From positions 32,001 through 96,000 of IMG/VR virus record IMGVR_UViG_3300032280_000320: a stretch of 64,000 nt of DNA; one strand, given 5' to 3'. The stretch comes from a virus. Taxonomy: Duplodnaviria; Caudoviricetes. Positions 8,762-17,923 of this stretch are shown piece after piece. The notes beneath the pieces are model-generated. The model was not told the DNA's origin. It worked only from the letters and a program-made list of their open reading frames with translations, and ran no database searches. Position 1 is the stretch's first letter. Each line of letters starts with the position of its first letter. The position numbers were made by a program, and so were the translations under genes.

Positions 8762-9989
8762 CTTTTTGGAAAGGATTCTCATAAATTTCTTTGACGATAC
8801 CACGGTTGATATCCCAATCTAAATACAGGCCAAACTCATGACCATGTCTATTCTTTCTTGAAACTATCTCAATCATATTAGTTCCTGGATATCTGTGAAC
8901 TGCCATAGCCATGTCAGCATCATACTCAATAGCCTTTGACCACGCAACCTGAGACATCATTGGAGGATTATCTTGATCAGATACATCGTCCGCAGTTGCT
9001 GCAGTGATATCAATAATTGGAATATTGTTTGATACCGCAAGCATTTTAAACTCACGAGAAACATTTCGGTTTCTTTCTACTTCAGAGTTACTTCGTTTAT
9101 TATCATTAAACAGCTGGTGATAATCAAGGATAACTAGGTCTGGCTTGTGCTGGTCAATCTTGCCTTGAATAGTTGCTGGTGTTACTTCTGTGTTTCCTTC
9201 GTTTGAAATAAGAATAAAGCTATTCTTATCCGCAAACTTTTTTGTAGACCATGAACGAAAGTCATCAATATTAATATTGCCTTTTGAAAAATCTGAGGCT
9301 TTAAATAGACCAGAGCCTAGCATTGTATAGATACGGTCACGCATATTCTCTGGAGACATTTCAAGAGAAACAATCATTGGCTTAAAGCCTTGCTCCCAAG
9401 CCTTACATGCCAAGTAGGAAGTAAACCACGTCTTACCACGTCCAGGCCATCCAATAGCCACGATTAAGTGTCCAGGAGCCATTCCTGTTGGATATGCTAA
9501 ATCAATGGCCTCAAAACCAGTTTTAATTCCTGGTGATCCACCCATCTCTGCAGAACGCACACGAAGTAATTCCATATGTCTAATTGCAGCATCTGCATCT
9601 GTGATATCTAAGTCTCTAACGTTATTTGTAAATCTACTTAGGTTTGCAAGCTGGCTTTGCATCTGCTCTAGAACTCTTGAGGCAGCATCTTCTTTTAATG
9701 CAGAGCCACTCTTTAGAATAATATTCTTCAGTCTATTAGACAGGAACTCATTCTTTAATGTATCAAGATAGTATCCAGTCTCTGCCTTTGTTTCTACTGG
9801 CTCAAAGTCTTTAAACTTTTCCTGCAGGATTCCCACTTCTGGGACCGCCTTGAATTTATAGTAGTATGACTTTAGGCCTTCCCAAATGTCTTTGTGCGAA
9901 GTAAATAGTTCATCCACATTGTCTGCCAGCAGTGTGCTAATGTCTTTATTCTTACATACTGCTGAGATAAGTGTTGCTTCTGTGTTCAC
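8721..9989 (-). CDS. dnaB: DnaB-like replicative helicase
   Basis: IKTGF, Walker A GWPGRGKT, SLEMS, LVILDY, SKAIEYDAD, KNRHG. Confidence 0.93.
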   Translation of the reverse strand: MNTEATLISAVCKNKDISTLLADNVDELFTSHKDIWEGLKSYYYKFKAVPEVGILQEKFKDFEPVETKAETGYYLDTLKNEFLSNRLKNIILKSGSALKEDAASRVLEQMQSQLANLSRFTNNVRDLDITDADAAIRHMELLRVRSAEMGGSPGIKTGFEAIDLAYPTGMAPGHLIVAIGWPGRGKTWFTSYLACKAWEQGFKPMIVSLEMSPENMRDRIYTMLGSGLFKASDFSKGNINIDDFRSWSTKKFADKNSFILISNEGNTEVTPATIQGKIDQHKPDLVILDYHQLFNDNKRSNSEVERNRNVSREFKMLAVSNNIPIIDITAATADDVSDQDNPPMMSQVAWSKAIEYDADMAMAVHRYPGTNMIEIVSRKNRHGHEFGLYLDWDINRGIVKEIYENPFQKDESQTDKKISSKG

Positions 9990-10309
9990 TCTATTCCGCC
10001 CTGCTCTACCATCTTCTTCGTTTCTTCAAGTAACAAACGACGCTTTTCTTTATCTTTTTCTATCTCAATCTTTAGGGCATCCATCTTATCAAAGTTATAA
10101 AAGAAGAACTGAAGTGGGTGTCCATTCTTTGTTAGAGAGAAATAGTATATCAGAAGTTCTTTTGCACGATCAAAGCCTACACTATCAATAACATCTTGCA
10201 TAGCCCACTTCTCACGGAACTTATTCATTGTTGGAACTCTGCCGTACTTTTCTTTATAAAGACTTTGATATAGCCCAATTAAAATGTATGGCTGCTTCTC
10301 ACTTGCCAC
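9986..10309 (-). CDS. hypothetical protein upstream of helicase (possible loader/replication factor)
   Basis: Coupled to dnaB; function inferred from position only. Confidence 0.6.
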   Translation of the reverse strand: MASEKQPYILIGLYQSLYKEKYGRVPTMNKFREKWAMQDVIDSVGFDRAKELLIYYFSLTKNGHPLQFFFYNFDKMDALKIEIEKDKEKRRLLLEETKKMVEQGGIE

Positions 10310-10502
10310 TCTTAAGCTCTTCTTCTACCTCTTGAGTCTTTTGAATTAGCTTGTCTTCAACAAACTTGTATACACGTTCTGTTGCTGCATCGACATGCTC
10401 ACCCTGCCGAACATCATCTTCTACTCCAATACCAATCTTGATACTTTCATAGTTTCCAAGGTTACGTGTAAACGATAGGTCTACTTTAACTCTAGTTGTC
10501 AT
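10299..10502 (-). CDS. small hypothetical phage protein
   Basis: MTTRVKVDLSFTRNLGNYESIKIGIG; GGAG Shine-Dalgarno before ATG at 10502. Confidence 0.65.
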   Translation of the reverse strand: MTTRVKVDLSFTRNLGNYESIKIGIGVEDDVRQGEHVDAATERVYKFVEDKLIQKTQEVEEELKSGK

Positions 10503-10987
10503 TACTCCGCCTTCCATACAGGTACGAACTTTCCATCTTCTGTCTTAGTATACAATATTAAGTTGTGTTTGAGAAGCCCCAGTAATTCTGCCTTTGTCGG
10601 TACATCTGAAGAATGTCCTGAATCTAATATATGCTGGTGCATGTCCAAAATGTCTGATTCGCTAAACATATACTTAGACCAATTAGGATTCTCTGGGTCT
10701 CCTATAGGATAAATTTTTTGTGGAGTAATTACTTTACCATCCAAGATATAATCTTGAATAGTAACCCTATGCCTATTAAGCATTGCCGCCACTTGCTTTA
10801 CGCTATAGGCAGTCTCCATGTATTTTTTAACTTGTGAATACGAATAAAGCATTCTCTTTTTATCTGGATAGCACCAGGCAACCAATTCATCTTTTGATCT
10901 TGATGATCTTATAACCTTGTGTATCTTTTGATTTAAGAAGAAATACCGTAGTTCTTTTGATTTAAGTTTTCTATTTGATCTAGCCAT
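10502..10987 (-). CDS. helix-turn-helix DNA-binding protein (MerR/excisionase-like HTH)
   Basis: AYSVKQVAAMLNRHRVTIQDYILDGKV. Confidence 0.7.
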   Translation of the reverse strand: MARSNRKLKSKELRYFFLNQKIHKVIRSSRSKDELVAWCYPDKKRMLYSYSQVKKYMETAYSVKQVAAMLNRHRVTIQDYILDGKVITPQKIYPIGDPENPNWSKYMFSESDILDMHQHILDSGHSSDVPTKAELLGLLKHNLILYTKTEDGKFVPVWKAE

Positions 10988-11118
10988 TTACCGAAAGCAC
11001 TCGTTTCTTTATTAATCATCCAGCGTTTTCCACACATCACACAGAACATTTCCATGTGTAGCTTTTGAGAAAATACTCTGTCTACAAAAACTCTTCCTCT
11101 ACATTTAGAGCAAAACAT
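10933..11118 (-). CDS. small zinc-ribbon protein
   Basis: CSKC...CVMCGKRW. Confidence 0.7.
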   Translation of the reverse strand: MFCSKCRGRVFVDRVFSQKLHMEMFCVMCGKRWMINKETSAFGKWLDQIENLNQKNYGISS

Positions 11119-11918
11119 TATAAGGTAAACACCTTTCCGTCAACTACGCAAGAATAGTCTGGCGCAACGTGAATCATGTTTATGTGAGGATAATCATTTA
11201 CAATATGTGCAATAGCAAATCCTTTTTGCCAGTCATGGTGCTGCATGTATTTCATTCCAGGACCTTTTTCATCACACATATGGCCTAGCTCGTAACCACG
11301 AAGGGTTTCGCCTTCTCCGCCGTTTCGTAATTCATAAGTAACTAGATGAGATGCAATTCTATGAGAGTGACCTCTAATTAAAGATACTTGAAGGTCTTCC
11401 ATGTCTTTTCTGACTGAGCCTGTTGCTGCAATTGAAAGTCCATGGTGTACGTGGATATCTCCAAAGCGGAGCTTAGGTAGTTCGTTATAGTGAATATATT
11501 CATAGCCTAAAGAGTCTAATCCCCAAAGAGCTTCTGGAGTAACCTCATTAATATATTCAGGAAGTTTTGCATCTACATAATTAAATACTCTTATATCATG
11601 ATTTCCAAGTGCTGAGAATAGCTGAGCATCTGGTAGCATCTCTCTTGTCTTTGCATAAAAATCTCTTGCGCCCTTTGCTTCATGACGCATCATAGGAACA
11701 ATGAGATCTCCACTTTCAGTCTTGTGATAGTTTAAGAACTCTGCTGAGCGTCCCTCTGTGTACTTACTATAGCAAGCCTGATCATCTGTGTCTCCTAAAT
11801 AGTCAACCACATCTGGCTTAAACCATTTCATTACCTTAAACCATAGAGCAATCATCTTATCGTCTTGATAAGGGAACTGCTGGTCAGAGGATATCATCCA
11901 TTTTAAATCGTTACTCAT
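11118..11918 (-). CDS. calcineurin-like metallophosphoesterase
   Basis: SDQQFP, LGDTDD, LGNHD, HHG and GHSHR motifs. Confidence 0.85.
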   Translation of the reverse strand: MSNDLKWMISSDQQFPYQDDKMIALWFKVMKWFKPDVVDYLGDTDDQACYSKYTEGRSAEFLNYHKTESGDLIVPMMRHEAKGARDFYAKTREMLPDAQLFSALGNHDIRVFNYVDAKLPEYINEVTPEALWGLDSLGYEYIHYNELPKLRFGDIHVHHGLSIAATGSVRKDMEDLQVSLIRGHSHRIASHLVTYELRNGGEGETLRGYELGHMCDEKGPGMKYMQHHDWQKGFAIAHIVNDYPHINMIHVAPDYSCVVDGKVFTL

Positions 11919-11934
11919 TGTTTACCTTTATACG

Positions 11935-11959
11935 AAAAAAGTCACGGGTACGTGACTTT
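11935..11959 (-). terminator. intrinsic terminator-like hairpin
   Basis: Minus strand AAAGTCACG-TACC-CGTGACTTTTTT. Confidence 0.6.
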
Positions 11960-11960
11960 G

Positions 11961-12001
11961 ATGTTACACCGTAAGTGTAACATATTTTATGCGGTTGTCA
12001 A
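11961..12001 (-). promoter_or_regulatory. sigma70/SigA-type promoter for the replication operon with an overlapping palindrome
   Basis: TTGACA (12001-11996), 16-nt spacer, TGT-TACACT (-10 at 11979-11974). Inverted repeat ATGTTACAC-N5-GTGTAACAT (11961-11983) covers the -10 and predicted +1. Confidence 0.65.
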
Positions 12002-12003
12002 TA

Positions 12004-12453
12004 CTAGCTAAGCGTTTTGAATTGAACTGCTTGCCATGATATAAATCCATTATCAATCTTTGTATCAGAATATATATATATCTTTGGATCATCTTTAAGT
12101 GTGTTTACTGAAACTGTAATATTTTTACCCTTTGATCCTTCTGCGCCAATGTTTCCATGGTATATTGCTGTAACGTATGGAAGGGTAACTTCTCCACTAA
12201 GATCAAATAGTTGTGCGCCTAGCCAGTTTATTGGAAATCCCTTTACCTTACCAGCTACTACACCACTTACAGGTATTCTTCCAGCATCAATAATAGGAAC
12301 TCTGTTAATAGACTTCTGTCCTACTGTAGCATTTTGCAATGAAGCGTTTTGCTTAAAAACGCTTGTTATGTTTTGCTGAAGCATGTTTAATTTATTAGGG
12401 TCTAGGGGTTCACCCTCCATAAAATTTACTGGTGTAAGTGTATATTCTGCCAT
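12004..12453 (-). CDS. putative minor tail/virion protein
   Basis: Last gene of the tail cluster; GEPLDPNKLN N-terminus resembles fibre-associated small proteins. Confidence 0.55.
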   Translation of the reverse strand: MAEYTLTPVNFMEGEPLDPNKLNMLQQNITSVFKQNASLQNATVGQKSINRVPIIDAGRIPVSGVVAGKVKGFPINWLGAQLFDLSGEVTLPYVTAIYHGNIGAEGSKGKNITVSVNTLKDDPKIYIYSDTKIDNGFISWQAVQFKTLS

Positions 12454-12454
12454 G

Positions 12455-12604
12455 TTATTCTCCTACTTGACTATTATCTTCTTCAGAAGTGTTTGTCAGA
12501 TTAGTTATTTCAGCACGTAGGATTGCTATATGCGTCTCATAATTTGAGACAAGCTCTCCAATGCGTTGCTGTAGTGCCTGTACTACTAGTTCTGCTTTAT
12601 CCAT
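12455..12604 (-). CDS. small coiled-coil protein (49 aa)
   Basis: Manual translation MDKAELVVQALQQRIGELVSNYETHIAILRAEITNLTNTSEEDNSQVGE*; AAGGA upstream; fills the gap; not in the ORF track. Confidence 0.6.
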   Translation of the reverse strand: MDKAELVVQALQQRIGELVSNYETHIAILRAEITNLTNTSEEDNSQVGE

Positions 12605-12637
12605 TATATTCCTTTTCTACTTATCATAAGGATACCA

Positions 12638-15600
12638 TTATCCTTCTAGGGCGTCAAGTCTTGCTTGAAGAGTATCTATTTTATTAGCCATCTCTTTAAA
12701 TGCACCTACAAGGTACATTGGTATTTTTTCATATCCAACCGAATCAGGCAAACCATTTTTATATATAACAAGATCATTATTCGGCTGTATCTCATGAACA
12801 TCTTCTGCAATTAAACCTAAGTGCACCTGTTCTGGTAAATCAGAAAATTCTGGCTTATAGTTAAATGTCACAGGACTGAGATTTTTTATCAAATCATATA
12901 TTGGCTCTGTGTTTTTGTATTCAATGTTTTCTTTATAATTTCGGCTAGATGCGGATGAGTATACTCTTAAGTATCCGTCTGCTGCTTGAACTAGGGTTAC
13001 ACCTGAACCTGGTGTTCTTGTAGTTGTGCCAAGTGTATTTGCAAATATTCTACCGTCACCAAAGATTCTTGTTATTGGTCTACCAGCAATATCTGGATTT
13101 GGGGTATCACTGCTTCCATTTCCACCAATCATAATGCTACCAGTTAGTCTTAAATTTCTCCACCTATAAGTACTGTAAGTAACTGAGGACTGTGCGCTTG
13201 ACTGATTGATTCCTAAATCTGAGCCTCCATCATAGTATGGGTAGCATGAGCTTTGCCACCCTCCACTATTTACAGATATAAAACCAATTGAGTTAACTCC
13301 TAAACTAGGGATTCCGTTTCTTTGATATACTGTTGAGAAAGCGTTTGTAACAGTACTGATTATAACCGTTGGGTTTCCGTCTGGATCATTACCTACGGCT
13401 CCAGAGCCTCCGTCTACGTTAATAGATCCGCCAGTAATTAATGCACCGCTGATTGATGTATTTGCTGCTACAGCATTTGCTGTAATGTTTCCAGTTATTA
13501 TTGCGCTTTTTGCAGTTAATATACCACTTGAGCTAACGCTAAAGTTTGTTGAGCTATTTGATATTGAACCGTTAGAATTAATTGTTAATGTGTTTGTTCC
13601 GTCTGTTGCAGTAATTGTAGATGCTGATATTGCACCACTAAATGTTCCAGATGCTGCGGACAGGGATCCCTTAAAGAAAGCATTTCCAGATGCGTCAATT
13701 ACAAACTGCTTAGATATAATAGATCCTTGGTTATCTAAAACAATACTCATTCCATTTTGAGAAAATGGAGTTGTATTTGGTGATCCTCCAGGTGCTGTAT
13801 ATGTTGCTGACTGAATTACTCCAGTTCTAATCTTGCCGCCTGAAATTGTTGTTGTATTGCTGTTAACGTCTGCTGCTGCTCCGCCTGCGCCAAGTTTAGT
13901 AGCTAGACCTGTTGTCAGGTCTGTAGTCGATGCCTTGGTGGCTAGACCCGTTGTAAGAGCTGTAGTAGATGCCTTTGCAGCCAAGCTTGTGTTTATGTCA
14001 GTTATTGTTGGTCCTGTGATTGTTGCAGCTTTCATAACCACTGTTCCGTCTGCTTGAACATAGAAATTTGCTGCTGTTGAACGTGCTCCGCCTGCCCAAA
14101 ATACAATATCAGATGGAGAGTTTGTATTTGGTGTAGCAATACCTGCTGTATAGCTTGTGCTAGTTGCTGTTATCTGTGCGGTGGCTGAGTTAAGTGTGAG
14201 TGTGCCAGATGTGCTTGTTTTTGATATAGCGCTTGATGTTACATCCCAGTTACCAATAGAAGCAGATGCTGTTGTAAGCTTTCCTGTTGTGCCATTGATT
14301 GTTGTTATGCCATTTGTTCCTGCTGAGTTAAATGTGAGTCCAGTTGAATTTAATATGTATCCTGCACCTGAAAGGTTACCTCCAACAATTGCTCCAGAAT
14401 ATAATGAGCCACCGCTTGCAATATTAACGTTACCAGTAAATGATCCGCTAGCTGCATTTATATTTCCAGTAAGGTATAAGTTTGTTCCATTAAAATACAT
14501 GAACTGTGTGTCTGTTCCCACACGTAATTGTCCTGTTGTTAGCCAGTAGTTGTTTTTATTTCCAGTCTTATTTAAAAGTATTCCATGGTATCCGCCAAGA
14601 GGAGAAGGTGAGTTTGACGGAATAGTTGTTATGGAAGTGTTAATTGAATCAGGTATTCCTGTTCCAAACTTAAATAGGTCTCCTGTTGCTCCACCAATTG
14701 CTAATATTGATTTTAATCTTGCTGCAGCATTTACTGCGGTTGCAGCAGCGTCAGCTGCTGTAAATGTTTGGGTTGTGCTATATGTTTGTGTATTGTTATA
14801 CTGATCTACCGATGCAACTTGATAGTAATATGTTACATTTGGAATAAGCCCAGATGCAGTAAACGAAGTAGCATTTGTAAATCCATATTCCCAATTTGGA
14901 TTTGGCACTGTTGCTGGGTTATCTGGTGACCAGCGAAGCCTATACCCTCTTGTAGAAGTATCTGTTGATGCCGTCCAAGAAATTCTTGAAGATAAGCTAA
15001 ATCCAGTTTGGTCGTAAGTATCAACTGTTGCAACAGCACCTATTCCTGTTGGATTTGTTGGTGGAATTAAATCTGCAACAACAACTGATTTAGGAGTAAC
15101 AGATACTGCTGCTCCATATTGGCCAGCACTTCCATTGTTTGCAATAAACCTTGCTCTAACCCAACGCTTATTCTGGTTACTTCTTGTTAGCGATACTGGA
15201 TTTGATAGACCATAAAAACATGTTTCATATCCAGATGCTGGATCTGTTGCAGATGTAGATTCTACTTCTTGTATTTCAATTCCTGCAAATGTTTTATCTG
15301 TTGGCGTTGTATATGATACAGTGTAGCCTTCTACTGCTTCAGCAACATTTATTGTTGGTGCTGGCAAATTATTTACATACACGTGTGCTGCAAATGTAAC
15401 TGGTGTGCCTTGATTACCGTATATGTCTACTGTTGAAACTGAGCCAGAAAACGAAGTCTGTGGTACACCAAAGGATGCTCTATTTGCTTCTAAGCTTAAT
15501 GCAAATTTTTGCGAGGAGCCTGCTACTGGCCTTAATGTAAAGTCTGCTGCGGTGCCATCTGTTGCTATTAGTTTTATTAAATAAAATGACAAATAGCTGT

Positions 15601-16180
15601 TTGCTGGTGCAGAGGGGTCAGAATTAAACCCTACGGTAAAATCTGTACCAGACCATGCTGGGACAATTACTGTTGGTAAGCCTGGTGCATCAGCTTTTGC
15701 TGTTACATTTACAACTTGATTGAATCCAGAAAATGCTCCTGTTTTTGACACTGATCTAAGCTTTACATTATAATCGCCTGGCAATACTGGTATGTTTAAT
15801 GAGCCGCCTGTTGCTGGTATTGATCCCTTGCTTATATATAAGTTATCTGCGTCTGTCGCCCATTTAATATAAACTTCAATCTTATCTAGTGTTGATGGGT
15901 AGCTTCCTCCAACAGAATTTTTGCCGTCCCATTTAACAGTTATTATTCCTTGTGAGTATGTTACTATAGCTGGGGATGGCGGTAGTGGTGTTGATTCTGC
16001 TGGTGCGGTTATAGACTTTACTGCAGACCAATCTTCTCCAAATGTTCCATCCTTATACTTCCATCTAAACTCTAATGGATAAATAGTTCCTGGTATCAGG
16101 CCTGGTATGGTTACAATAAAGTAATCGCCGTTGTCATATGACTGCGATGTGTCTTTAAGTAAATCCTGATACTCTGCCAT
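12638..16180 (-). CDS. tail fibre/spike with FN3-like domains and C-terminal peptidase S74 intramolecular chaperone
   Basis: FN3-like segments (PPTNPT...ISWTAS...GYRLRW...GLIPNVTYYYQVASVD), Gly/Ser/Thr-rich shaft, SSRNYKENI...LSPVTFNYK...LGLIAEDV plus terminal coiled coil. Confidence 0.85.
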   Translation of the reverse strand: MAEYQDLLKDTSQSYDNGDYFIVTIPGLIPGTIYPLEFRWKYKDGTFGEDWSAVKSITAPAESTPLPPSPAIVTYSQGIITVKWDGKNSVGGSYPSTLDKIEVYIKWATDADNLYISKGSIPATGGSLNIPVLPGDYNVKLRSVSKTGAFSGFNQVVNVTAKADAPGLPTVIVPAWSGTDFTVGFNSDPSAPANSYLSFYLIKLIATDGTAADFTLRPVAGSSQKFALSLEANRASFGVPQTSFSGSVSTVDIYGNQGTPVTFAAHVYVNNLPAPTINVAEAVEGYTVSYTTPTDKTFAGIEIQEVESTSATDPASGYETCFYGLSNPVSLTRSNQNKRWVRARFIANNGSAGQYGAAVSVTPKSVVVADLIPPTNPTGIGAVATVDTYDQTGFSLSSRISWTASTDTSTRGYRLRWSPDNPATVPNPNWEYGFTNATSFTASGLIPNVTYYYQVASVDQYNNTQTYSTTQTFTAADAAATAVNAAARLKSILAIGGATGDLFKFGTGIPDSINTSITTIPSNSPSPLGGYHGILLNKTGNKNNYWLTTGQLRVGTDTQFMYFNGTNLYLTGNINAASGSFTGNVNIASGGSLYSGAIVGGNLSGAGYILNSTGLTFNSAGTNGITTINGTTGKLTTASASIGNWDVTSSAISKTSTSGTLTLNSATAQITATSTSYTAGIATPNTNSPSDIVFWAGGARSTAANFYVQADGTVVMKAATITGPTITDINTSLAAKASTTALTTGLATKASTTDLTTGLATKLGAGGAAADVNSNTTTISGGKIRTGVIQSATYTAPGGSPNTTPFSQNGMSIVLDNQGSIISKQFVIDASGNAFFKGSLSAASGTFSGAISASTITATDGTNTLTINSNGSISNSSTNFSVSSSGILTAKSAIITGNITANAVAANTSISGALITGGSINVDGGSGAVGNDPDGNPTVIISTVTNAFSTVYQRNGIPSLGVNSIGFISVNSGGWQSSCYPYYDGGSDLGINQSSAQSSVTYSTYRWRNLRLTGSIMIGGNGSSDTPNPDIAGRPITRIFGDGRIFANTLGTTTRTPGSGVTLVQAADGYLRVYSSASSRNYKENIEYKNTEPIYDLIKNLSPVTFNYKPEFSDLPEQVHLGLIAEDVHEIQPNNDLVIYKNGLPDSVGYEKIPMYLVGAFKEMANKIDTLQARLDALEG

Positions 16181-16181
16181 T

Positions 16182-17114
16182 TTATAGGTTTAGATCCAAT
16201 CTGTATTCTACGTCTACTGTTCTTCCCGTTGTTTTATATAGAGGTGAAGAAAGTATTGATCTACTTATAATACCAAAGTTTGGATCAAATGTATCCTCAT
16301 CATTTATTCTGAGTCCGTCTGCGCCAATAGATGTTTGTTGTCCAGTAACTGGTGTTATAACTATACCAATTCTATTAATGCTTGATATGTTTGGTCCATT
16401 TACTGCTCCCGCAAATAGTTCCTCTAGGTATATTTCGTCTGCTACCTTATACCCTACTCCTCCTGCAGGTGTTATTTGTACCTGATAATACTTATTAACA
16501 TCGCTATAAAATCTTATTTTAATGTTTGAAAGGTTTACATCGTTTTGATAATAAACAAAAGACAAGGAGTCTAGCTTTGAATATCCAGATAAATCAATTG
16601 GGATTACTGATGTAACATATTCTTTTGATGATCCCGTTCCTGAATACATCTCAAGTGTGGTCTCTCCAATTTTTCCATTGACATAGCTTAGTGATGGGTT
16701 GCCTCCTGCCAACTCTTCCCAGTCTAGGGGACTTGAAAACTCTGAAAGAAACTTACTATCATAGTTATTTGAAGATGTTCTTGTTGATGGATAAATTCCA
16801 ATTTCTGAAATTACACCAGAAACATCTTGTGGCAATGTTGCTTTATACACTACAGCATATGTGGTTCCATCTGTATCAGTCTGTATATCTGTGCTATAAA
16901 TTCCTACTGGCAGTCTATAAAACTCAAACTCTAATCTTGTGTCGTCCGCCGTTGCTGCGGTTGATCCTATACCAAATGCCATATCTCTGTCGGCTGTTTC
17001 TACCTTGCCAGCAAGAAGATTAGTTAAATATCTTTTACCAAACTTTGTTATAATATTTTTTGAACGGCCTATCTCTTTGCCGTCTTCATAATATATGTAT
17101 GTACCTTTTATCAT
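16182..17114 (-). CDS. minor tail/baseplate protein
   Basis: KNIITKFGKRYL...FGIGSTAATADDTRLEFEFYR...ISEIGIY; probable start MIKGTY at 17114. Confidence 0.65.
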   Translation of the reverse strand: MIKGTYIYYEDGKEIGRSKNIITKFGKRYLTNLLAGKVETADRDMAFGIGSTAATADDTRLEFEFYRLPVGIYSTDIQTDTDGTTYAVVYKATLPQDVSGVISEIGIYPSTRTSSNNYDSKFLSEFSSPLDWEELAGGNPSLSYVNGKIGETTLEMYSGTGSSKEYVTSVIPIDLSGYSKLDSLSFVYYQNDVNLSNIKIRFYSDVNKYYQVQITPAGGVGYKVADEIYLEELFAGAVNGPNISSINRIGIVITPVTGQQTSIGADGLRINDEDTFDPNFGIISRSILSSPLYKTTGRTVDVEYRLDLNL

Positions 17115-17124
17115 ATTATCTCCA

Positions 17125-17907
17125 TTACTTTGGCGTAGAATACTGTGAGTAGTATGTCTTTCCATTTGTTCCAACTACAACTGCTCTTACACGAAGCCAC
17201 CTTGGGCTGGCGGTAGCACTTGTATCTCCTTCAGATGAGCTTACTCTATATGTTCTATTCTTGCCGCTATCTCCAATTGATTTTGAAGCAGAGGCAACAA
17301 AATCTTTAGTTCCGTTATCTAGTGCCGTTGCATTCTTTCCAGAAGATGTACTTATAATCCATTCATAGCTTACTGAATCATATGACCCTAGGCCTGTTGA
17401 GTTATTCCATCCCCAAGCAAGAGATCTTTCATTTGATCCATATCTACTAAATGTTACCGCTGGTACAGTTGGTGCAGGCGTAATAAATTTCTTTGGATCC
17501 CCTTCTGGTGTTTTATTATCATTTCTAGGTGCGGCGGCATCAAATATTCTCGCATCTACCCCAGCAATGTTTTCTTTATTGTCACTTGAGTTTCTAATCT
17601 TAATGAAAGCTGTCATAGTTGTTAGTTTAGTAGCAGGGTCATAGTCTTCTTGAAATGTAATGCTTTCAATGTCACTAAGGTCTGGGACATCCTTTTTAAC
17701 TACTGGTGGTTTGCCTGGTCTCTCTGGTTTTTTTGGATCTTTTGGTCCTGGTGGATTTGTACCACCATCATCAAATGCAGAATCTGATCCTACATAGGCA
17801 GCCTGAGATTCTTTGCTAGTAACAAGAAATTTATTTTTATTTAGAAATAACAAATAGTCTATATCATTTTCTGATACGACTGGCTGCCTTGAATCATTTC
17901 TTGTCAT
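17125..17907 (-). CDS. putative virion protein with C-terminal FN3-like domain; apparently leaderless
   Basis: Position in the tail module; Pro/Lys linker; ATG 6 nt after TGG-TATAAT. Confidence 0.55.
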   Translation of the reverse strand: MTRNDSRQPVVSENDIDYLLFLNKNKFLVTSKESQAAYVGSDSAFDDGGTNPPGPKDPKKPERPGKPPVVKKDVPDLSDIESITFQEDYDPATKLTTMTAFIKIRNSSDNKENIAGVDARIFDAAAPRNDNKTPEGDPKKFITPAPTVPAVTFSRYGSNERSLAWGWNNSTGLGSYDSVSYEWIISTSSGKNATALDNGTKDFVASASKSIGDSGKNRTYRVSSSEGDTSATASPRWLRVRAVVVGTNGKTYYSQYSTPK

Positions 17908-17913
17908 TTTATT

Positions 17914-17922
17914 ATTATACCA
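17914..17922 (-). promoter_or_regulatory. extended -10 promoter (TGG-TATAAT), leaderless configuration
   Basis: TATAAT-aataaa-ATG with no Shine-Dalgarno. Confidence 0.6.
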
Positions 17923-17923
17923 T

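Noticed and set aside
3072-9989. Inteins or introns in dnaE, primase or dnaB
   Set aside because: Lengths are normal and no splice-junction or homing-endonuclease motifs were seen.
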